Source of the DNA: a virus
Virus record (IMG/VR): IMGVR_UViG_3300028496_000013
Location: 1 to 6,880 of that record
Strand: one strand, 5' to 3'
Length of the DNA stretch: 6,880 nt
Part shown: positions 1-5,428 of the stretch, one piece after another
How the letters are laid out: each line of letters opens with the position of its first letter
Numbering within the stretch: the first letter of the stretch is position 1
The notes under the pieces: model-generated
The model's input: only the letters and a program-made list of their open reading frames with translations
Told to the model about the DNA's origin: nothing
Databases searched by the model: none
Made by a program: the position numbers and the translations under genes

Positions 1-55
1 TATCAGCCCCGACTGCCGACCTCAACCATCTTGTCTCTCGCTACGCCTGGCACGA
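1..55. repeat. Terminal redundancy, copy 1 (identical to 6826-6880)
   Basis: Read directly: tatcagccccgactgccgacctcaaccatcttgtctctcgctacgcctggcacga occurs at both window ends. Confidence 0.97.
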
Positions 56-266
56 ATGGTGGTACCGCGAATTCGGCCGCAATCAGATCGAACAACCGCG
101 CAGCCAGCGCGACGTTGCCGCCTACGTCTCCAAGTACGTCGTCAAGGACGGCGAAGTCGATTTCTCCCGCAACTTCGGGGCGTGGCAACCGCCGCGCCCG
201 GACTACTCCGTGAGTCCGCTGCATTCCGCTTCTCTGCAAAAACCGCTGATAGGAAAAGAACCGTGA
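3..266 (+). CDS. Rolling-circle replication initiator, 3' part (continuation of 6453..6825)
   Basis: Frame-3 translation: SAPTADLNHLVSRYAWHEWWYREFGRNQIEQPRSQRDVAAYVSKYVVKDGEVDFSRNFGAWQPPRPDYSVSPLHSASLQKPLIGKEP*, with stop TGA at 264-266. The catalytic-Tyr motif III YVSKYVVK is at 123-146. The frame is continuous with 6453.. through the 55-nt overlap (639 nt total, divisible by 3). Confidence 0.85.
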   Translation, partial: SAPTADLNHLVSRYAWHEWWYREFGRNQIEQPRSQRDVAAYVSKYVVKDGEVDFSRNFGAWQPPRPDYSVSPLHSASLQKPLIGKEP

Positions 267-303
267 ATTACTGCGAAACGATCACCGCGAAACAGTGTGC
301 GTA

Positions 304-373
304 GTGGGTGCATCCGGTGGGCAACTTGTGGGCGGCGTGCCGTCCATGAGTTGCCCACGGGATGTGCCCACGG
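304..373. repeat. GTGGG(C/T) / GCCCAC iteron-like cluster with a 10-bp inverted repeat
   Basis: gtgggt at 304-309; gtgggc at 317-322 and 328-333; inverted gcccac at 353-358 and 366-371. gtgggcaact (317-326) is the exact reverse complement of agttgcccac (349-358). tgcccacgg repeats directly at 352-360 and 365-373. Confidence 0.65.
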
Positions 374-400
374 TGCGCAGCAACGTGCACTGTTTCGAGG

Positions 401-455
401 GGACAGAACAGCCCGCCCAGGGCTGGACAGATGTACCTGGGCACCTGCGGACAGA
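401..455 (+). repeat. Three direct GGACAGA repeats at an exact 24-bp period
   Basis: ggacaga at 401-407, 425-431 and 449-455. Copies 2 and 3 share ggacagatg. Confidence 0.65.
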
Positions 456-483
456 TGGCAAGCCACGCGCGGGTAGGAGCAGC

Positions 484-510
484 AAGGGCCGACCCGTAGG
501 GACGGCCCTT
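484..510 (+). other. Strong imperfect hairpin (candidate packaging signal or minus-strand origin)
   Basis: aagggccg (484-491) pairs with cggccctt (503-510). After an A/A mismatch, ccc (493-495) pairs with ggg (499-501) around the 3-nt loop gta. No T-tract follows, so it is not a typical terminator. Confidence 0.5.
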
Positions 511-578
511 AGCTTGACCCTACCAGTCCGCCTGAAAAACGACCGACCACCAACGACAACCACAGAGAGAAAACGAAC

Positions 579-857
579 ATGACCAACCCGACCGTCAAGA
601 TTCTCGACACCGCCAAAGAACGCGAGATCAACACCAAAGCCGGAAAGAAAACCGTTTTTTTCCAGCCCGTGCAGGTGGAGTGCGAACAGTTCCGCGTCAA
701 CGTGGATATGGATATCGACGGTGCCAAGGACGCGCTTCCGACCGGCTCCAAGCATGAGTGGGACGTGATCGCCGATTTGGTGCCAGGGGCCTACGCGAGC
801 ATCGACCTTTCGCGTCGCATGACGCTTCGCCCCCTCGCTGTGGCCGGTCAGAAGTAA
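579..857 (+). CDS. pV-like ssDNA-binding protein (92 aa)
   Basis: Size and position match gene V, immediately after the Rep/intergenic region. The translation MTNPTVKILDTAKEREINTKAGKKTVFFQPVQVEC...ASIDLSRRMTLRPLA loosely parallels Ff pV (N-terminal VKI..., C-terminal ...RLRLVPA) as I recall it. A purine-rich agagagaaaa lies upstream of the ATG. Confidence 0.7.
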   Translation: MTNPTVKILDTAKEREINTKAGKKTVFFQPVQVECEQFRVNVDMDIDGAKDALPTGSKHEWDVIADLVPGAYASIDLSRRMTLRPLAVAGQK

Positions 858-860
858 CCC

Positions 861-1079
861 ATGTCCGGTGTGCCACTCGCCCAGTTGTGCAACGTCGAAG
901 ATGTCGACACGACAACGGGCGTGTGTGCGCATCCGTACTGGGGTGCTCCGCCGTCAGTGCTCCCCGCGCTGACGTTGGAAGAAGGTGTGGTGGTCGCTTT
1001 CGCAATCGGCGCCTGCTGGACCCTCGGCTTAATCGCTCGGCTCTACATCCGGGCGATGCAACAGGGGATGCGGTACTAA
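861..1079 (+). CDS. Small membrane protein (72 aa), candidate minor coat or assembly protein (pVII/pIX position)
   Basis: It starts 3 nt after the ssb stop and has one C-terminal hydrophobic helix (VVVAFAIGACWTLGLIARLYI). The assignment rests only on position between gene V-like and gene VIII-like ORFs. Confidence 0.55.
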   Translation: MSGVPLAQLCNVEDVDTTTGVCAHPYWGAPPSVLPALTLEEGVVVAFAIGACWTLGLIARLYIRAMQQGMRY

Positions 1080-1119
1080 CCGGGCAATTCCGCCCTTTCA
1101 CTCCTCGGGAGAAAATGCA

Positions 1120-1383
1120 ATGAACCGTTCCAATGCTCTGGCAGTCCACGGCCGCGCCGTGTCGATGTTCAACCGCTGCAAGGCCACCGTCGCCAAGGTC
1201 GGCGCGGGTGCCGCCGCGCTCGTCGCCTCCGGCGCGTCGTTCGCCTCGGGTGGCGGCGACATGGGCACCGTGATCACCGACAAGATCAGCGGCGCCGAAA
1301 CGACCATCCAAGGCATTCTGATCGTCCTGGTCGGCGTGCTCGCGCTGTTCGTGCTCTACAACCTGTTCAAGAAGGTTCGGTAA
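1120..1383 (+). CDS. pVIII-like major coat protein precursor (87 aa)
   Basis: SD-like gggaga at 1108-1113. Signal-peptide-like leader ends ...AAALVASGASFA|SGGGD. The predicted 45-aa mature peptide has an acidic N-terminus (D, D, E), a hydrophobic core (IQGILIVLVGVLALFVLY) and a basic C-terminus (KKVR), which is the classic inovirus coat layout. A rho-independent terminator follows. An in-frame alternative start at M16 (nt 1165) would give a 27-aa leader. Confidence 0.85.
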   Translation: MNRSNALAVHGRAVSMFNRCKATVAKVGAGAAALVASGASFASGGGDMGTVITDKISGAETTIQGILIVLVGVLALFVLYNLFKKVR

Positions 1384-1404
1384 CGGCTTCGGCGGTTGCC
1401 ATCG

Positions 1405-1433
1405 GACGCCCCCTAGTGGGGCGTCTTTTGTTT
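1405..1433 (+). terminator. Rho-independent terminator after the major coat gene
   Basis: Stem gacgcccc (1405-1412) / ggggcgtc (1418-1425), loop ctagt, then ttttgttt (1426-1433). Ff phages also have a terminator after gene VIII. Confidence 0.8.
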
Positions 1434-1452
1434 CGGATATAGGGAGGGTGTC

Positions 1453-1515
1453 ATGGGCTATTTCGTAATCGTCGCGGTGCTTGGCGCGCTGTGGCTCGGG
1501 TTTGAGGCGGTATGA
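1453..1515 (+). CDS. 20-codon hydrophobic micro-ORF (MGYFVIVAVLGALWLGFEAV)
   Basis: Strong SD agggaggg (1441-1448) lies 4 nt before ATG 1453. Stop TGA 1513-1515 overlaps the ATG (1512) of the adsorption-protein gene as ATGA. The peptide is entirely TM-like. It is too short for the ORF track and was found by eye. Confidence 0.45.
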   Translation: MGYFVIVAVLGALWLGFEAV

Positions 1516-2918
1516 ACGGTCGGTGGTTCGTCCGGGTGTTTGCGTCTGCTGTGGTCCGTCGCGTGGCCTATGTGCTCGTCGCGCTGGTGCTCGCTTGGGT
1601 TGGCATGGGTAAGGCGCATGCGCAGCAGGTTGACGATGCTCGGTGCATGGGCTCTGCGCAGGAAGGTGCGATTGCATCGCCCCAGCCGTTGTGTTCGTCG
1701 CAGCAGCTGGCGTATGAGAACACGGGCAACTGGCTGCGGATAAATCGGCCCACGCAGTGGAACGGCGTTATTACTGGTCCGGCGTGTATTGGCAATGGTC
1801 GTTACTGCCGGTATATGACAAGCATCGGTGGTGCTTATATCGATGTTCGCTATTACGATTCGCAGGGTCCATGTCCGGGCGGCGGCGTCTGGAATGACGC
1901 TACGAAGAAGTGCGATGTTGCTTGCGCTAATCGGGCGACGGATGGTTCGGCATCGTTCGATGATTCGCTGTTGGTTGGCAACTATTGCAAGGACGGTTGC
2001 GTGTACGGCGTCGTGCTTGGTGCCGGTGAAACCGGGACGTTCAAGCGTGTTGGCGGTCGCGCGTTTGTGAGTGGCGCGAAGCCTACCGGGTCGTCGTGCA
2101 CGACTGACACGCCGACCGCGATTTATGATCCAGACAAGCCGGTTTGCGTGAGCACGGGCGGTGGCTATTCCGAGTGTGTAAAGCCCAATGGCCAGCATTG
2201 CGTTACCTCCGCTGCTGGTCGCTCTCTCTGCTGGAATCCCGGCGATACCGGCGAGCGCATCACGACCGATGGCACGCTCGGCGGTGATCGCGAGAAGGTG
2301 CCCACAACTCCGACGCCGCCGTCGAATCAGAACGACCCGACGACCGCTGTTGAGTCCACGACCAACGTCAACGGGCAGGACTACAACACGATCATCACGA
2401 CCGGCACGGGTGCCGGCCCTGGCCAACCCAACACGGGCGTCCCCGGCGACGGTGACGGCAACGGGGAAGGGGAGGGCGACGATGACGAAGGCACGGCCAG
2501 CGGCGGTGAGGACTGCAACGCGGCTCCTGTGACCACGGGTGACCCTGTGCTTGGGATGGTGGCCCGGCAGTCGTGGCTTGAGCGCTGCGGCACGCGCAAG
2601 GGCGATGCGGATGGCGACGGCGTGCCCGACTACCTGAAACCCGGTCCCGGCGATGGGGACGGGACCGACGGCAACGATGAGGCTGACGCTGAAGGCGGCA
2701 AGGTTAAGACGGTCGGCCTAGGCTTGAACGTGATTGATCAGGGCGGGTTGTTCGGTGGCGGCGCTGGTCAATGCCCTACGCTCGGCGTGCTCGACTTTGG
2801 AATTTTCGGCACGTATTCGCTCGACGAACAGCCGTGGTGGTGCGATTTGGTCGCGCTCATGCGCGCTGCGTTTCTCATCCTCGGCGCGTATCTCGCGCTT
2901 CGCATCTTGATGGAGTAG
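1512..2918 (+). CDS. pIII-like adsorption / minor coat protein (468 aa)
   Basis: N-terminal signal peptide (…VLVALVLAWVGMGKAHA|QQ). A Cys-rich N-terminal region holds 14 of the 18 Cys. There is a Thr/Pro linker and two Asp/Gly-rich acidic linkers (2442-2492, 2601-2700). A C-terminal membrane anchor (WWCDLVALMRAAFLILGAYLALRIL) is present. Size, architecture and position after the coat gene match gene III. Confidence 0.8.
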   Translation: MNGRWFVRVFASAVVRRVAYVLVALVLAWVGMGKAHAQQVDDARCMGSAQEGAIASPQPLCSSQQLAYENTGNWLRINRPTQWNGVITGPACIGNGRYCRYMTSIGGAYIDVRYYDSQGPCPGGGVWNDATKKCDVACANRATDGSASFDDSLLVGNYCKDGCVYGVVLGAGETGTFKRVGGRAFVSGAKPTGSSCTTDTPTAIYDPDKPVCVSTGGGYSECVKPNGQHCVTSAAGRSLCWNPGDTGERITTDGTLGGDREKVPTTPTPPSNQNDPTTAVESTTNVNGQDYNTIITTGTGAGPGQPNTGVPGDGDGNGEGEGDDDEGTASGGEDCNAAPVTTGDPVLGMVARQSWLERCGTRKGDADGDGVPDYLKPGPGDGDGTDGNDEADAEGGKVKTVGLGLNVIDQGGLFGGGAGQCPTLGVLDFGIFGTYSLDEQPWWCDLVALMRAAFLILGAYLALRILME

Positions 2919-2923
2919 GGGCC

Positions 2924-3238
2924 ATGTTCTCAATCACTGAAACGATCACTTGGGGCATCAAAAAGTTTTGGACGGTTGCGAAGCTCGCGGGTTCGGCCGT
3001 GCTCGGTCGCGTCATGGCGTCTAGCGGGATCGCGCTTGTGACTTACCATGCCGTTCTGCCCGATGTAAAAGCGTTCTTGGCGCAAAAGGTGTCCGGTTTG
3101 TCGCCGCAAGCCTTGGCGTTCTTGCAGGCCATCGGCTTCGATATTTTCATGGTGATGGTGCTATCCGCGCTGGTCGTAAAGATTGGCTCGCGCGTGTTCT
3201 TCTCGACGGTGGCTTCTCTGCCGAGTGGCACGCCATGA
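2924..3238 (+). CDS. pVI-like minor coat protein (104 aa)
   Basis: ATG 2924 follows ggag (2912-2915) and lies 6 nt after the pIII-like stop. The protein is hydrophobic and multi-helix (MFSITETITWGIKKFW...IFMVMVLSALVVKIG). Its stop overlaps the zot-like ATG as ATGA. The longer track ORF from 2771 would overlap the pIII-like gene by about 150 nt and its extension is Arg-rich, so I use the internal start. Confidence 0.7.
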   Translation: MFSITETITWGIKKFWTVAKLAGSAVLGRVMASSGIALVTYHAVLPDVKAFLAQKVSGLSPQALAFLQAIGFDIFMVMVLSALVVKIGSRVFFSTVASLPSGTP

Positions 3239-4398
3239 TCTATCAATACACCGGTCAGCCAGGTCACGGTAAAACACTGCACGCCATTGATCACGCAATG
3301 GAGTTCCGCGATAAGGGCCGCTTGGTCTACGTGTGCAATGTGCGCGGATTCAAGCACGCCGACACGCGGATGCTTCCGCTTGATCCCGAAGGCTTCAAGG
3401 ATTGGGAGTCGCTGCCCGATGGGTCCGTTGTCTTGGTCGACGAGTGCTATGAATCGGGGATGCTTCCGCGCCGTGGTCCGGGAAAACCTGTCCCGCGTCA
3501 TGTCGAACAGCTCGCCAAGCATCGGCATCGCGGCTTCGATTTCATCTTTGTGTGCCAGTCGCCAACCAAGCAAATGGACGATTTCGTGCATGACTTGATT
3601 GAGCGCCATACGCATGTTCGCCGCATTTTTGGTCTACCGTTCGCGCGCCTCCGGATTTTCGACCGATACGAACGCAACCCGGAAAAAGCCCATCCGTTGA
3701 TTATCAAGCGGGTTGGCCTTCCGAAACGCCCGATGGGATCTTATGAGTCCACGGTGCTTGAGACCACCGAAAAGAAAATTCCTTGGTACATGATCGCGCT
3801 CCCCATCGTGCTTGTTGCCGTTGTCGCTGGTGCGCTGTATATGCGGGGTCGAGTCAAAGACGTCATGGGAGAAAAAACCGAGATACCCGTAACAAACGCG
3901 AGCGTCGCGGCGGCTCACGGAGCGGTAGCGACGGGGGGCGTCGCGCCGCTCTCGCCCCCATCCGGTGCATCGCTTCGATCGACCGATTACGTCGCATGGC
4001 TCAAGCCTCGTGTTCCGTCGCAGCCGTGGACCGCGCCCGCTTACGATTCCGTGCCTGTGCCCAACAAGCCGCCGCGGTTGTTCTGTTACGTGACGGGGGA
4101 TGGTGAAACGCTCAAGGGGTGGGAGAAGGGCGGTTGCAAGTGCGTGACCGATCAGGCGACGCGCTACGCCCTCGACGATCTGACGTGCCGGACGATTGTG
4201 CGCGACGGGCAGTACGAACCTCTCTTGCAGAATCAGCCGGATCGGCCCTCGCAGGGGGCGATTGAACGCGGCGAGAATCACGCGCCTGTGGCTGCTGTTG
4301 GTGTTGGTGATCCGGAGTTCCGGGGCCAGCAGGCTCGTTACGGCCAGATGCGTAACGCTGAAATTCCAAACGATTACCACGGGAGCATGATGCAATGA
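3235..4398 (+). CDS. zot: pI / Zot-family phage assembly ATPase (387 aa)
   Basis: Walker A GQPGHGKT (3253-3276). Walker B-like VVLVDE (3427-3444). Motif HRHRGFDFIFVCQSP parallels Ff pI. A single TM helix (IPWYMIALPIVLVAVVAGALYM, about 3781-3843) is followed by a Cys-containing periplasmic C-terminal domain. This is the typical Zonular occludens toxin/pI family layout. Confidence 0.9.
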   Translation: MIYQYTGQPGHGKTLHAIDHAMEFRDKGRLVYVCNVRGFKHADTRMLPLDPEGFKDWESLPDGSVVLVDECYESGMLPRRGPGKPVPRHVEQLAKHRHRGFDFIFVCQSPTKQMDDFVHDLIERHTHVRRIFGLPFARLRIFDRYERNPEKAHPLIIKRVGLPKRPMGSYESTVLETTEKKIPWYMIALPIVLVAVVAGALYMRGRVKDVMGEKTEIPVTNASVAAAHGAVATGGVAPLSPPSGASLRSTDYVAWLKPRVPSQPWTAPAYDSVPVPNKPPRLFCYVTGDGETLKGWEKGGCKCVTDQATRYALDDLTCRTIVRDGQYEPLLQNQPDRPSQGAIERGENHAPVAAVGVGDPEFRGQQARYGQMRNAEIPNDYHGSMMQ

Positions 4399-5048
4399 AC
4401 CTTGCCGCTCGAAACAAATCGTTCGCTTTGAGTTATGACAACGCGGAGTGTTTGAAGTGGTTGGCGCTTGCGTCGATGTTGATTGACCATGCTTCGAAGG
4501 TGTTGGGCCCGTGGGATTTTGCGGTGCCGCTGGGTCGCATCGCGTTTCCGGTGTTCGCGTTCGTCATTGGGCGGCATCTGCTGTCTGACCGATTGCTTAC
4601 TCGGCTGTTGGTGGTCGGCCTGATTGCGACGGTGCCGCATATGCTCACGCTGACGCATGGCGAAGTGTTCCCGCTCAACATCCTGTTTACGTTCGCGTTC
4701 GCTGCCGGTGCGGTGCATCTTCTTCGGGATGGGCGGCCTTGGATCGCGCTCGGCCTGCTGGTGCTCGGAACGGTCGTGTGTGACTACTCGGCGCCCGGCC
4801 TGCTGCTGGTGCTGTCGTCGTGGATGTGGTGGGAGTATCGCGGGGCCCTTGGCGCTGCCGCGCTGGCCATTGGCTTGTTCGTCCTATGCTGGTTCAACGG
4901 GAATGCCTGGGCGCTGCTTGCCGTCCCGCTGGTGGTGCTCACCGTGTCGTGTGATTGGCGGGTGCCGCGCATCCGGCATTTCTTCTGGATCGCCTACCCG
5001 GTCCACCTCGTCGCACTGGCGCTGATCGCCCTCGCGGTACGGGTGTAG
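4395..5048 (+). CDS. traX: TraX-family polytopic membrane protein (217 aa; F-pilin N-acetylase family)
   Basis: The ATG overlaps the zot-like stop as ATGA. Hydrophobicity suggests about 6-7 TM segments. Motifs match my recollection of the TraX family and F-plasmid TraX: LKWLALASMLIDHAS, GRIAFPVFAFVIG, LNILFTFAFAAG and C-terminal HFFWIAYPVHLVALALI. This is recognition from memory and is not HMM-verified. Confidence 0.75.
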   Translation: MNLAARNKSFALSYDNAECLKWLALASMLIDHASKVLGPWDFAVPLGRIAFPVFAFVIGRHLLSDRLLTRLLVVGLIATVPHMLTLTHGEVFPLNILFTFAFAAGAVHLLRDGRPWIALGLLVLGTVVCDYSAPGLLLVLSSWMWWEYRGALGAAALAIGLFVLCWFNGNAWALLAVPLVVLTVSCDWRVPRIRHFFWIAYPVHLVALALIALAVRV

Positions 5049-5091
5049 GGCAGCGCCCTACGGTGACGCTTGTTCGGGGTCGCACAAACAA

Positions 5092-5117
5092 AAGCCCCGA
5101 CCATCTGGCCGGGGCTT
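5092..5117. terminator. Bidirectional rho-independent terminator between convergent genes
   Basis: aagccccg (5092-5099) / cggggctt (5110-5117), plus an inner cc/gg pair around loop atct. The minus strand reads a following ttttgtttgt tract. The plus strand reads a weaker ttcgttcgt. It sits between the + strand traX-like stop (5048) and the - strand ORF stop (5160). Confidence 0.75.
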
Positions 5118-5159
5118 CGTTCGTCACGGCGTCGGAACCTTCCTCACGCTAACCGCTTT

Positions 5160-5426
5160 TCAGCCTGCGCCCACGCCGTGTATCCGGTAGTCGGCCAGTT
5201 CGATCATCACCACCTTGATCTTTGGCCCGTATTTCGCCGCTCGCTGCGCCTGCTCGGCCTTGCGGCGGGACACGTAGCCTGCTAGTCGCAGTTCTGACCG
5301 GTCGCGCCACATGAGCCCGCGTAGGCGCTCTGGCGTCATGCGATCACCGTCCGGGGAAATGAGATGGCGGCCTTTCAGCCGCCACCCGTACCACTCGCCG
5401 TCGAAGTCGATTTGACCTTGGTCCAC
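5160..5426 (-). CDS. Small phage protein of unknown function (88 aa from GTG 5426; longest ATG ORF is 5160..5567, 135 aa)
   Basis: GTG 5426 has a GAGGG SD 7 nt upstream and lies 2 nt after the repressor stop. ATG 5567 has no SD and would overlap the repressor gene by 139 nt. The conserved-looking core FDGEWYGWRLKGRHLISPDGDRMTPERLRGLMWRDRSELRLAGYVSRRKAE reminds me of small DUF3653-type proteins of filamentous prophages. That is an unverified memory. Confidence 0.55.
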   Translation of the reverse strand: MDQGQIDFDGEWYGWRLKGRHLISPDGDRMTPERLRGLMWRDRSELRLAGYVSRRKAEQAQRAAKYGPKIKVVMIELADYRIHGVGAG

Positions 5427-5428
5427 GG

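Larger units (their letters stand above)
267..578 (+). promoter_or_regulatory. Large structured intergenic region; candidate replication origin(s) and packaging signal
   Basis: About 310 nt between Rep and the ssDNA-binding gene with no credible ORF. It holds GCGAAAC x2 (273, 287), GTGGG[C/T] x5 (304-371), GGACAGA x3 (401, 425, 449) and hairpins at 317-358, 409-425 and 484-510. Its position matches the Ff intergenic region only by analogy. Confidence 0.6.

Noticed and set aside
3-304. Track ORFs 3..239 (-), 31..213 (+) and 56..304 (+)
   Set aside because: They are alternative frames of the Rep 3' end. Only the frame starting at base 3 continues in phase from 6453.. and carries the YxxK motif.
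372-399. Possible XerCD/dif-like attP: GGTGCGCA (372-379) matches the XerC-arm start of E. coli dif
   Set aside because: Only the 8-nt GC-rich half matches. The following sequence (gcaacgtgcactgtttcgag) lacks the conserved central region and TTATGTTAAAT-type XerD arm, so a chance match is likely in GC-rich DNA. Other weak TTATG-containing spots (about 4413-4440 and about 5853-5880) lie inside coding sequence and also fail over the full 28 nt.
514-542. Possible promoter for the structural operon (ttgacc at 514-519)
   Set aside because: No acceptable -10 hexamer lies 16-19 nt downstream (only gaaaaac), so it is not supportable.
282-932. 216-aa - strand ORF, plus the 295..582 + ORF (95 aa) and 203..466 - ORF (87 aa) covering the intergenic region
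   Set aside because: They run through the repeat and hairpin arrays, and the first also runs antisense through the ssb-like gene. They lack an SD and translate to low-complexity R/P/G-rich sequence. The region is better explained as non-coding ori/packaging DNA.
697-1677. 326-aa ORF on the - strand
   Set aside because: It is antisense to the ssb-like, TM and major-coat genes. The translation is Arg/Pro/Ala/His-rich low complexity, typical of spurious antisense frames in GC-rich DNA. It has no SD and no recognisable domain.
1458-2426. 322-aa ORF on the - strand
   Set aside because: It is antisense to the well-supported pIII-like gene. The translation is Arg-rich (RRRRRS, RRVVLIRRRR) with no domain features.
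2771-2923. N-terminal 51-codon extension of the pVI-like ORF (track start 2771)
   Set aside because: It overlaps the 3' end of the pIII-like gene by about 150 nt and is Arg-rich. The internal ATG at 2924 has a GGAG SD and begins the hydrophobic protein.
3730-3800. Internal in-frame Met (RPMGSYES...) just before the Zot TM helix as a pXI-like restart product
   Set aside because: The position is analogous to Ff gene XI. However, I could find no SD or other sequence support, so I cannot claim it from sequence alone.
3043-4395. Two long - strand ORFs (3043..3615, 190 aa; 3634..4395, 253 aa)
   Set aside because: Both are antisense to the Zot/pI gene, whose Walker motifs fix the true frame. They are Arg-rich with no SD or motifs.
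5044-5060. Small palindrome tagggc-agc-gcccta overlapping the traX-like stop. The 8-mer gtagggca (5044-5051), overlapping its left arm, recurs at 6005-6012
   Set aside because: The stem is only 6 bp with a 3-nt loop and there is one 8-mer recurrence. This is within chance expectation for this composition and has no positional logic.
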